A program made the translations under genes and the position numbers. Below the pieces are notes generated by a model. It made no database searches. It had not been told where the DNA came from and worked only from the letters and a program-made list of their open reading frames with translations. Positions 55,931-64,000 of a stretch of 64,000 nucleotides of DNA are shown piece after piece (the first letter of the stretch is position 1; each line of letters starts with the position of its first letter). The stretch is taken from the NCBI GenBank assembly GCA_963728205.1, contig CAVSIV010000001.1, positions 416,001 through 480,000 on the forward strand, given 5' to 3'. This DNA is from an uncultured Chloroflexia bacterium. GTDB taxonomy: Bacteria; Chloroflexota; Dehalococcoidia; UBA2979.

Positions 55931-56587
55931 ATGGGATACATGACGTTCAGGCAGATGTTCGTGCGAACCGCGGCCGCGGCGGCGGCCGTGGCCGCCGTGA
56001 TCGCGCTGCTGCCCGGCGTGCTCACGACCGCGAGCGCGCAGCAGGCGGCCCCGTTCACGGCGTACGGCGTCGGGCTGCAGTCGGGCCAGGTCGTGGAGGT
56101 GTTCGACGGCTCCGCGTCGTGCGGTTCCGTGACGGCCGACGGCAGCGGGCAGTGGCTGATCCAGATCTCGGCGACGTCGCCGTGCGCCCCGCGCGAGGGC
56201 GACACGCTGTCGTTCACGCTCGACGGCGCATCCACATCGGCGCGCGAGACGTTCAAGACCGGCGGCGCGCCCGCGGATGTCGCAAACGGCATCACGCTGA
56301 CCGTCGTGGCGACCGCGACGCCGACGCCCACTCCCGGGGCCGGTCCGGGGACCTTCGCCGGCTCGATCAGCGCGCACGGCATCACGCCGGCGGTGTTCAA
56401 CGGCGGCACGGTCGACCAGGCGGTGACCGCGGCCGGCAGCGGCCTGAACTCGATCTGGTCGTACAACGGCGGCGTCGCGGTCGGCTACACGGTCGGGGCG
56501 CCCGCGTTCGTGAACCAGGCGTTCCTCGCGCTGTTCCCGGGCGGCGCCATCCCGCCGGGGCAGATCCTGATCCTGGTGAAGCCGTAG
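55931..56587 (+). CDS. Secreted two-domain beta-rich hypothetical protein
   Basis: GGAGG RBS, signal peptide ending ASA-Q, two Cys, TPTPTP linker. Confidence 0.8.
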   Translation: MGYMTFRQMFVRTAAAAAAVAAVIALLPGVLTTASAQQAAPFTAYGVGLQSGQVVEVFDGSASCGSVTADGSGQWLIQISATSPCAPREGDTLSFTLDGASTSARETFKTGGAPADVANGITLTVVATATPTPTPGAGPGTFAGSISAHGITPAVFNGGTVDQAVTAAGSGLNSIWSYNGGVAVGYTVGAPAFVNQAFLALFPGGAIPPGQILILVKP

Positions 56588-56711
56588 CCGCGGGGGCCGC
56601 CCCCGCGTGACGCACGCGGCGCATGCCACGAGGGGCGGCCGGCACACGTCGGCCGTCCCTCGCGCGGCAGGAGCCGCCCGGGAATGCGCGGGCTCGCCTG
56701 ATTCGGACGGG

Positions 56712-57540
56712 TTACGCCGCGCGCGGCGTGCCCGTCATCGACTCCACGTACCACTCGATTCTGCTTGAGGACCTTCGGGACGCCGCCCAGCTGCTCGAGC
56801 AGCGCGCGGTCGGCGTCCGATAGCTGCGGCTCGTCGCCGCCCTCCTCGACGGGGGGCAGCGGCGGCAGGACGCCGTCGCCGATGCGGAGCTCGCGCGACA
56901 GCCGGCGGCTGTCCGCGATCGCCCGCGAGAGGTACGTGGCGTGCCCGTCGTGGTGGTCGCCGATGGCGACCGCCACGTCCTCCGGCAGGGTCCACACCTC
57001 CGCGACCTCGACGCCCCACTCGGCGTGGTTCCTGCCGAAGATCTGGGACTCGGCCTCGCAGGCCTCGATGCCAGACCGCGCCATCTGGGCGATGCGCGAG
57101 TAGCGGATCGGGTCGGCCTGGGCCATCGCCATGCGACCCACGTCGTGCAGCAGGCCGGCGGTGAACGCGGTCGACCGCGCGCCGCCCTGCGACGTCATGG
57201 CGTCGGCGAGCAATGCGCACGAGAGCACGTGCCGCCAGAGCTCGTTGGGGTCGAGGCCCGCGCGGTCGAAGCCGCGGAAGGACTCGCCGATGACCGCGGT
57301 GAGCATGATGCGCCGCGTGGCGTTGAGGCCGATGCGCACGACGCCTTCCTCGGCCGTGCCGATGCGCCGGGTCGGCGCGGAGGCGGCCGAGTTCGCGGCG
57401 CGCAGCACGGCCGCGGTCAGGCTCGGATCCATCTCCACGATGGACGCGAGCTCCTTCATCTCGAGATCGGGCTCGTTGAGCACCGCCATCGCGCGGGCGT
57501 GCACGGCCGGGATCGTCGGGACTCGATAGCCGTCCGGCAT
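56712..57540 (-). CDS. HDOD-domain protein; +1 frameshift near 56760
   Basis: DPSLTAAVLRAANSA, LWRH, FTAGLLHDVG, HAEWG...W.LP; removing one A gives IEWYVESMTGTPRAA-TAA. Confidence 0.9.
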
Positions 57541-57777
57541 GACTGCCTCGTCTCGACAGGCGCGCGCCGGGAACCAGTCGGCCCCCGGAAACGTCGGTGC
57601 TCCGCGCCGGGCGGAACACGTGCAGAATCCCGCATTTCGATGCCCCGGCGAAATCGGGGCATCCCCTACGGTGCGGCGCCGCGGCGGCGCTGAAGATCAC
57701 CGTGGGGGCCGGGGCGGTGACGACATATGCTGCGGACCGCGCGTCGACGGCGCGCGGCACCCGGGCTCGGAGGCTCG

Positions 57778-58632
57778 ATGACCTCGAACCCCGCGCTGGA
57801 CGACCTCGTCGCCGAGATCGCCGAGCTGCGACCGCTCCCCGCCGCCGCGGTGCGCGTGCTGCAGATCGCCGAGGGTGAGCGCTTCTCCGCACACGAGCTC
57901 GCGCAGGCCATCGGCGCCGACCAGGCGCTGACCGCGAAGCTGCTGCGCCTCGCGAACTCCGCCTACTACGGCTTCTCGCGTCAGATCACGACGGTGCGCG
58001 ACGCGGTCGTGCTGCTGGGGTTCCGCGCGGTGCGGACGGCGGCGCTCACGTCGAGCGTGATCGACGCGCTGCCCGGCGCGAACCACCTGGACCAGGAGCA
58101 GATCTGGGGGTTCTCCGTGACGGTCGGGATGCTCGCCGAGGTGCTGGCGCGCGCGCACGGCCGCCACCAGGACGAGGCGTTCACAGCCGGCGTGCTGCAC
58201 AACATCGGCCGCCTCGCGCTGGACCAGCACCGCCCGGAGGCGCTACAGGCCGCACGGCGCCTTGCGACCGAGCGCAACGTCACGGTGTGGCAGACCGAGC
58301 GTCAGCTGCTCGGGTTCAGCGACACCGAGCTGGGCGGCGGCATGGCGCTGCACTGGAACTTCCCGCAGGAGCTCGTCGACGCGGTGATCATGCAGGACGC
58401 CGACGGCCCCGCGCGGCCCGAGCCAGACTCGCTGGCGATCTTCGTGCGTCGCGCGCGTGAGTTCGCGCGCACGCGCGGCATCACCGACGGCGTCGATGCG
58501 CCGTCCAATGAGCCGCCGCCCGACGAGTGGCTGATCCCGCCGGTCTCGGGCTCGCTCAACCGCGTGGGCGGCATCAACGGCATCGAGGAGCGTGTGCGCG
58601 CCTTCGTCGACGCCGCGATCGGCGCGAAGTAG
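57778..58632 (+). CDS. HDOD-domain protein
   Basis: LRPLP, DQALTAKLLRLANSAYYG, AVVLLG, FTAGVLHNIG, HWNFP; GGAGG RBS. Confidence 0.92.
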   Translation: MTSNPALDDLVAEIAELRPLPAAAVRVLQIAEGERFSAHELAQAIGADQALTAKLLRLANSAYYGFSRQITTVRDAVVLLGFRAVRTAALTSSVIDALPGANHLDQEQIWGFSVTVGMLAEVLARAHGRHQDEAFTAGVLHNIGRLALDQHRPEALQAARRLATERNVTVWQTERQLLGFSDTELGGGMALHWNFPQELVDAVIMQDADGPARPEPDSLAIFVRRAREFARTRGITDGVDAPSNEPPPDEWLIPPVSGSLNRVGGINGIEERVRAFVDAAIGAK

Positions 58633-58639
58633 TCCCCTC

Positions 58640-58723
58640 CGTCAAGCGGCGGCAGCATGCCGCCGATACTCGCGGCGGCGCTCGCCGCCGAACGCATCGG
58701 CGGCATGCTGCCGCCGCTTGACG
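58640..58723. repeat. REP-like inverted doublet (perfect 28-bp arms)
   Basis: CGTCAAGCGGCGGCAGCATGCCGCCGAT at 58640-58667 and its exact reverse complement at 58696-58723. Confidence 0.88.
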
Positions 58724-58777
58724 AGGAGTATGCGTACGCTGGGACGACACTCCTCCGCCCATGTCTGGAGCCCGCCG

Positions 58778-60475
58778 ATGCCCGGAACCGCGCCCGTGCC
58801 GTCGCCTGTCTACGCGCTCGCGAGCGACTACGTCGACCGCGTCGCCGCGCTGAACCCGATCGTGGCGACCTCGCTGGGCGTCCCCGGGCACGAGGACGAG
58901 ATGCCCGACCTCTCGCCGGCCGGCGCCGAGGCGCGCGTGGCCGCGGCGCGGGAGACGCTCGAGTCGCTGCGCGCACTCCCCGTGCAGGGCGAACGCGATC
59001 GCGTGGCGAAGGAGTCGATGGAGGAGCGGCTCGGCCTCGCGCTCGAGCTGCACGCCACGCGCGACCATCTGCGCGACGTGCGCGTGCTCGGCAGCGCGAT
59101 CCAGTCGGTGCGCGCCGTCTTCGACCTGATGGCGCGCGGCTCGGACGAGGACTGGCAGCACATCGCGCGCCGCCTGCACCGCGTGCCCGGCGCGCTCGCC
59201 GGCCTGCGCGCGAGCCTCGAGGAGGGGCTCGCGGCGGACGTGCGTTCCACGCAGCGCCAGGCACGCGCCGTCGCGCGACAGGCGCGCGTGTGGGGCGGCG
59301 TCGACGAGGGCACGCGCCCGTTCTTCGACTCGCTCCTCGACGCCTTCGATGCCTCGCCCGTGGGGAGCGCCGGCCTGCGCGCCGACCTCGCGGACGGCGT
59401 GCGCGTCGCCGCCGACACCTATGCCGCGCTCGCCGAGTACCTCGACGAGCGCTACGCCCCGCGCGCCGAGACGCGCGACGCGGTCGGCGCCGAGCGCTAC
59501 GCGCTGCAGGCGCGCGCCTTCACCGGCGCGACGCTCGACCTCGACGAGACGTACCGCTGGGGCTGGGCCGAGCTCGCGCGCATCGAGGACGAGATCGCGA
59601 AGACGGCCGACCGCATCACGCCGGGCAAGGGGCTCGCGGAGGCGCGGGCGCTGCTGGAGAGCGACCCGCAGCGCGCCATCGACGGCGAGGACGCGTTCCG
59701 CCGCTGGATGCAGGAGCTGCAGGATCGCACGGTCGGGGAGCTCGACGGCAGGCACTTCGACATCCCGGAGCCCGTGAAGCGCGTCGAGGCGATGATCGCC
59801 CCACCCGGCGGAGCGCTGGCGATGTACTACACGGGACCGTCGGAGGACTTCAGCCGGCCGGGCCGCACCTGGTACCCGACGGGCGGGCGGACGCGCTTCC
59901 CGCTGTGGTCGGAGGTGTCGGTCGCGTACCACGAGGGCGTGCCGGGCCACCACCTGCAGATCGCGATGGTGCGGTATCTCGCGGACAGCCTGTCTCGGTT
60001 CCAGCGGCTGATGGGATCGACGTCGGGGTACGCGGAGGGCTGGGGGCTGTACGCGGAGCGGCTGATGGCGGAGCTCGGCTACCTGGAGGTGCCGGACTAT
60101 TACCTCGGCATGCTGATCTCGCAGGCGTTCCGCGCGGCGCGGGTGGTGGTCGACATCGGCCTGCACCTCGAGCGGGAGATCCCCGGCGACGCGGCGTTCC
60201 ATCCCGGCGAGCGATGGACGCCGGCGCTGGCGCTCGAGTTCATGACGCCGCGCAGCCCGTTCGACGCGGCGTTCGCGGCGAGCGAGGTCGACCGCTACCT
60301 GGGCATGCCGGGGCAGGCCATCTCCTACAAGGTCGGCGAACGCTACTGGCTGGCCGCGCGCGAGGCGGCGCGTGGCGCCGAGGGCGCCGCGTTCGACCTC
60401 AAGGCGTGGCACGCCCGGGCGCTCGACCTCGGGCCGATGGGGCTGGACCAGCTGCGCCGCGAACTCGGCGGGTAG
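58778..60475 (+). CDS. DUF885-family metallopeptidase-like protein
   Basis: YYTGPS.DFSRPG, YHEGVPGHHLQ, EGWGLYAE, RAARVVVDIGLH, PGQAISYK.G. Confidence 0.93.
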   Translation: MPGTAPVPSPVYALASDYVDRVAALNPIVATSLGVPGHEDEMPDLSPAGAEARVAAARETLESLRALPVQGERDRVAKESMEERLGLALELHATRDHLRDVRVLGSAIQSVRAVFDLMARGSDEDWQHIARRLHRVPGALAGLRASLEEGLAADVRSTQRQARAVARQARVWGGVDEGTRPFFDSLLDAFDASPVGSAGLRADLADGVRVAADTYAALAEYLDERYAPRAETRDAVGAERYALQARAFTGATLDLDETYRWGWAELARIEDEIAKTADRITPGKGLAEARALLESDPQRAIDGEDAFRRWMQELQDRTVGELDGRHFDIPEPVKRVEAMIAPPGGALAMYYTGPSEDFSRPGRTWYPTGGRTRFPLWSEVSVAYHEGVPGHHLQIAMVRYLADSLSRFQRLMGSTSGYAEGWGLYAERLMAELGYLEVPDYYLGMLISQAFRAARVVVDIGLHLEREIPGDAAFHPGERWTPALALEFMTPRSPFDAAFAASEVDRYLGMPGQAISYKVGERYWLAAREAARGAEGAAFDLKAWHARALDLGPMGLDQLRRELGG

Positions 60476-60481
60476 CGGCAC

Positions 60482-61960
60482 GTGCGCGCGCTCGTCTTCG
60501 GCGCGACCGGGTACATCGGCTCGAACCTGGTGCCGCGGCTCCTCGCGGCGGGATATGTGGTGCGGGCGAGCAGCCGCCGTCGCGACGTGCTCGAGGGACG
60601 TGCCTGGACCGGCGTCGAGATCGTCGCGGCCGACGCGCTGCGGCCCGAGACGCTCGACGCGGCGCTCGCCGGGGTCGACGTCGCGTACTACCTCGTGCAC
60701 TCGATGGCGGCGGGCGGCGCGTTCGCCGTGCGAGACCGCGACGCCGCGCGGCACTTTCGCGAGGCGGCGGCGCGCGCGGGCGTGCGGCGCATCGTCTACC
60801 TCGGCGGGCTGCAGGGCGGCACCGGGGGCGGGGAGGACGGCAGGGGCGCGCCGTCCCCGCACCTGGCCTCGCGCCGCGAGACGGGCGACGAGCTGAGGGC
60901 GGGCGCCGTGCCGGTGACCGAACTGCGCGCGGGTGTGATCGTCGGCCCGGGGTCGGCGGCCTTCGAGGTGATCCGCGACCTCGTCTACCACCTGCCGGTG
61001 ATGATCACGCCGCGGTGGGTGCGCTCACGCACACAGCCGGTCGCGCTCGCCGACGTCCTCGAGTACCTGGTGCGCGTCGCCGAGATCGATGCCGCCGGCG
61101 GCCAGATCTACGACGTGGGCGGGCCCGACGTGCTGACCTACGGCGCGATGCTGCGACAGTTTGCGAGCGTCGTCGGCCGGCGCCTGTGGGTGCTGCCGGT
61201 GCCGGTCCTCACGCCCCGGCTCTCCTCGTACTGGCTCGACCTCGTGACGGCGGTGCCGGCGAGCGTCGCGCGACCGCTGATCGACGGCCTGACTCACGAC
61301 CTGCTTGCGGACGACGGCGCGATCCGTGCGCTCGCGCCGATTCCGCTGCACACATACCGCGAGGCGGCGCTGGCGGCGCTCGAAGCGGAACGTGGCTCGG
61401 CCGTGAGCGGCCGGTGGACGGAGGGCGGGTTCGCGCTGCGAAGGTCTCGCCACGACATCTCGTACTACAGCAAGACCGAGCGCGCCGAGGCCATCGCCGC
61501 CGTCCCCGCGGAATCGGTGTGGCGTCAGATCGAGTCGATCGGCGGACGCAACGGCTGGTACTGGAACACGTGGCTGTGGCGGGCACGCGGCGCCGTCGAT
61601 CGCCTCGCCGGCGGCGTCGGCATGCGGCGCGGCCGCCGCGATCCGCGGACGCTCCGCGTGGGCGATGCGTTGGACTTCTGGCGCGTCGTCGACATCGAGC
61701 CGGGCCGACGGCTCACGCTCCTCGCGGAAATGAAGGTGCCCGGCAGCGCGGTGCTCGAGCTCGCGGTGGAGCCGGACGGCGCGGACCGCGCACGCGTGAT
61801 CACCACCGCGCACTTCCACCCGGCGGGCGTCGCGGGCCTGCTCTACTGGTACCCGCTGCTCCCGGTGCACCGCATGATCTTCCGCGAGATGACGCGCGCG
61901 ATCGCACGTCGCGCCGAGGCAGCTCGGGACGAGGCGCCGGGCGCGCCGGCGGCTCGCTGA
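60482..61960 (+). CDS. Atypical SDR/NAD(P)-binding protein with C-terminal DUF2867 (YbjT-like)
   Basis: GATGYIG, YYLVHSM, HLASR, GSAAFE, IGG.NGW, GDALDFWRV, AEMKVPG. Confidence 0.92.
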   Translation: MRALVFGATGYIGSNLVPRLLAAGYVVRASSRRRDVLEGRAWTGVEIVAADALRPETLDAALAGVDVAYYLVHSMAAGGAFAVRDRDAARHFREAAARAGVRRIVYLGGLQGGTGGGEDGRGAPSPHLASRRETGDELRAGAVPVTELRAGVIVGPGSAAFEVIRDLVYHLPVMITPRWVRSRTQPVALADVLEYLVRVAEIDAAGGQIYDVGGPDVLTYGAMLRQFASVVGRRLWVLPVPVLTPRLSSYWLDLVTAVPASVARPLIDGLTHDLLADDGAIRALAPIPLHTYREAALAALEAERGSAVSGRWTEGGFALRRSRHDISYYSKTERAEAIAAVPAESVWRQIESIGGRNGWYWNTWLWRARGAVDRLAGGVGMRRGRRDPRTLRVGDALDFWRVVDIEPGRRLTLLAEMKVPGSAVLELAVEPDGADRARVITTAHFHPAGVAGLLYWYPLLPVHRMIFREMTRAIARRAEAARDEAPGAPAAR

Positions 61961-61972
61961 CCGCGTGGCCCG

Positions 61973-62488
61973 CTACCGCGCGGGCGCGAACTCCACGATC
62001 TCGCTGTGCAGGTGGCCGCCGTTGATCTCCAGCACGGCATAGGTGCCCGGGACCATGAACGACGCGTATCCCTGGCCGGGGTTCACGAACCGCACGCCGT
62101 CCACGATCGCGTTGAGCGGCTCGTGGATGTGCCCGTAGCAGATCACGTCGAGCGTGCCGAAGTCCTCCTCGGGGAAGTCCGGGAACAGCTGCTGGGGTGG
62201 GAACTCCGGGCCGCCCCACGCCGGGTGCGTCACCCCGATGCGCACGCCGTCGATCTCAATCAGCTCGCGATAGGGGAGCGCCTGCCGCAACTCGAACGGG
62301 TCGGAGTTGCCGTGCACCACCACCGCGCGGCGCGTGCTGGCGCGAAAGCCGGCGACGGCATCGAGGTGCACCCAGTCGCCGCAGTGAATGGCGATGTCGG
62401 CGGCCGCGACGGCCGCGCGGAGTGTCTCGTGCGCGTGCTCCCAGCGGCGGAGGTGGGTATCGCCGGTCACCACGATGCGCGTCGTCAT
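61973..62488 (-). CDS. YfcE-like metallophosphoesterase
   Basis: GDTH, HCGD, HGNSD, TH, GHIH, NPG. Confidence 0.92.
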   Translation of the reverse strand: MTTRIVVTGDTHLRRWEHAHETLRAAVAAADIAIHCGDWVHLDAVAGFRASTRRAVVVHGNSDPFELRQALPYRELIEIDGVRIGVTHPAWGGPEFPPQQLFPDFPEEDFGTLDVICYGHIHEPLNAIVDGVRFVNPGQGYASFMVPGTYAVLEINGGHLHSEIVEFAPAR

Positions 62489-62562
62489 GGCGGCCTAGTG
62501 TGGCGGCTGACGCCCGTGGGATCGAGCGCGGGCCCGCCGCGGGGGCTCAGCCCGCGATCCGG

Positions 62563-63165
62563 TTAGCCTCCGCGCGAGTACGTTCCGACGAGCGTCGCGT
62601 CCGCGATCACGTGGCCGGACATCGCGTCGAGCACCGCCTGCTTGGCCGCGCCCTCCGCGAGCTCGAGCGGTGCGTCGAGCGCGAAGACCCGGAACACGTA
62701 GCGGTGCGTGCCGGACGGCGGGCATGGGCCCCCGTAGCCGGTGCGTCCCCAGGAGTTCGTTCCCGGCGTGCCGAGCGACTCGACCGCCCCGGGCAGCTCG
62801 AGTCCCCGCGGGGAGATGTTGTAGGCCACCCAGTGATCCCACGTGCCGTTCGGCGCGTCGGGGTCGTCCATCACCAGCGCGAGCGCCTGCGCGTCGGCCG
62901 GGATGTCCGCGACGGCGAGCGGGGGCGAGACGTCGTCGCCGTCGCAGGTGAAGCGGGATGGGATCGCGCCCTGGTCGGTGAACGCCGGGGACGACAGCTG
63001 CATGGGGACCTCCTTGGTCGTGAGCGTTGCGGCCGCGGCCGTCGAGGCGGGCACGCCGTGCGAGGGACCGCGGCAGGCGGCGAGCACGAGCGCGAGCGCG
63101 CAGAGGGCGGTCGCGGCCGGAACGCCGCGACCCCGGCGCCACCCGCCCCGCCGCACGGTGCGCAT
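62563..63165 (-). CDS. YbhB/YbcL-family (PEBP/RKIP-like) protein; lipoprotein start at 63165 and alternative start at 63003
   Basis: LSSPAF, TCDG.DVSP, MDDPDAP, WDHW, YGGPCPPSGTHRY; upstream LAAC lipobox. Confidence 0.92.
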   Translation of the reverse strand: MRTVRRGGWRRGRGVPAATALCALALVLAACRGPSHGVPASTAAAATLTTKEVPMQLSSPAFTDQGAIPSRFTCDGDDVSPPLAVADIPADAQALALVMDDPDAPNGTWDHWVAYNISPRGLELPGAVESLGTPGTNSWGRTGYGGPCPPSGTHRYVFRVFALDAPLELAEGAAKQAVLDAMSGHVIADATLVGTYSRGG

Positions 63166-63275
63166 AGATCGATCATGCGGGGCGCTGTCACGCGCGTGCG
63201 GCGGGTCGTGTCCCGCGGGCGCGTGCGTCGCGCTATCGTGTCGACTGTCCGGCGGGGTTGCGGGACGGACCCTCG

Positions 63276-64000
63276 ATGGAACTCGCAGCCGCAGCCCTCG
63301 TCGGCGTGCTCGCCGGCCTCCTCGCCGCCGCACTCGCCTTCGCCGCCGTCGCCCGCTCGCGCCGGAGCGACGTCACGGAAGAGCGCCTCCGCACCCTCGA
63401 GCAGGGCATCGACGCCGGGCTGCGCGAGGTCCGCGACTCCGTCACCCGCGTGGCGCAGGTCGTGCACGACGTCGACGGCGCCCGCGGCGAGTCGATCGCG
63501 AACCTGGCGGCGGTGGTGCGCGAGAGCCAGCGACAGGTCGACACGCTCTCGTCGTCGGCGTCGCGCCTGACGACGCTCCTGGGCGGCAACCAGGCTCGCG
63601 GCCAGTGGGGCGAGCGCGTCGCGGACGACATTCTGCGCGCGGCGGGGTTCGTCGACGGCGTGAACTACGAGCGCAACCGCCGCGTCGACGGCGGCGCGAC
63701 GCGCCCCGACTTCACGTTTCGGCTGCCGGAGGGCCGCGTCCTGCACATGGACGTGAAGTTCCCGCTCGCGAACTACGCGCGCTACGTCGAGGCGGTGGAC
63801 GACGTCGACCGCCAGGCCGCGCTGCGCCAGTTCCTCGCCGACGTCCGCACCAGCGTGAAGAGCGTGACGACGCGCGAGTACATCGACCCCGAGGGCGGCA
63901 CGCTCGACTTCGTGCTGCTGTTCATCCCCAACGAACAGGTTTACGGGTTCATTCACGAGCACGATGCGCGGCTCGTCGACGACGCGCTGGCGCAGCGGGT
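63276..64000 (+). CDS. rmuC: DNA recombination protein RmuC, truncated by the window edge
   Basis: Manual translation: N-terminal TM helix, coiled coil, RGQWGE, RPDF..LP, DVKFPL, YIDP..GTLDFVLLFIPNE. Confidence 0.93.
   Translation, partial: MELAAAALVGVLAGLLAAALAFAAVARSRRSDVTEERLRTLEQGIDAGLREVRDSVTRVAQVVHDVDGARGESIANLAAVVRESQRQVDTLSSSASRLTTLLGGNQARGQWGERVADDILRAAGFVDGVNYERNRRVDGGATRPDFTFRLPEGRVLHMDVKFPLANYARYVEAVDDVDRQAALRQFLADVRTSVKSVTTREYIDPEGGTLDFVLLFIPNEQVYGFIHEHDARLVDDALAQR

Noticed and set aside
30257-57669. GGG-N5-CCC palindromes near 30257, 46892 and 57656 as a common LuxR box
   Set aside because: Too little information content in a very GC-rich genome
1-64000. Many long alternative-frame and antisense ORFs (e.g. 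10517..13450, 58657..62025, 40938..43139)
   Set aside because: Arg/Ala/Gly/Pro-rich shadows of real genes, expected at this GC content; no family motifs
1-64000. CRISPR array or cas genes
   Set aside because: No regularly spaced direct repeats with unique spacers; the repeats found are isolated inverted doublets

Overview
Very GC-rich bacterial chromosomal window. Gene style and content suggest Chloroflexota, possibly Dehalococcoidia-like (inference, not tested). About 65 CDSs and one tRNA-Ser(GCT); no CRISPR array, integrase or transposase seen. The first 20 kb holds two paralogous redox modules in mirror-image arrangement. Each is a NarL-type two-component system divergent from a Tat-exported 4x[4Fe-4S] protein, an ActC/NrfD-type quinol-interacting membrane protein and a membrane-anchored Ig-like protein. 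Neither has a molybdopterin catalytic subunit or a multiheme cytochrome. The second continues into a monoheme cytochrome c, a Tat lipoprotein with two cupredoxin domains (apparent Gln axial ligands), a SHOCT protein and a second cytochrome c. This looks like a minimal alternative-complex-III-like quinol-to-copper-protein pathway and is the best candidate for an undescribed system. Also notable: a membrane-anchored 7Fe-ferredoxin fused to a PD-(D/E)xK-like domain; an ApbE/ferric-reductase operon lacking a canonical FMN-binding partner; PadR-modABC; NrtR with tandem boxes before nadA-(thioesterase)-nadB-nadC; VapBC; three stand-alone HDOD paralogs; a more AT-rich, heavily frameshifted LuxR island; and dispersed REP-like inverted repeats. 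Several genes carry single-base (+1) frameshifts that are probably assembly errors. All family calls come from motif recognition by eye; no database searches were run.
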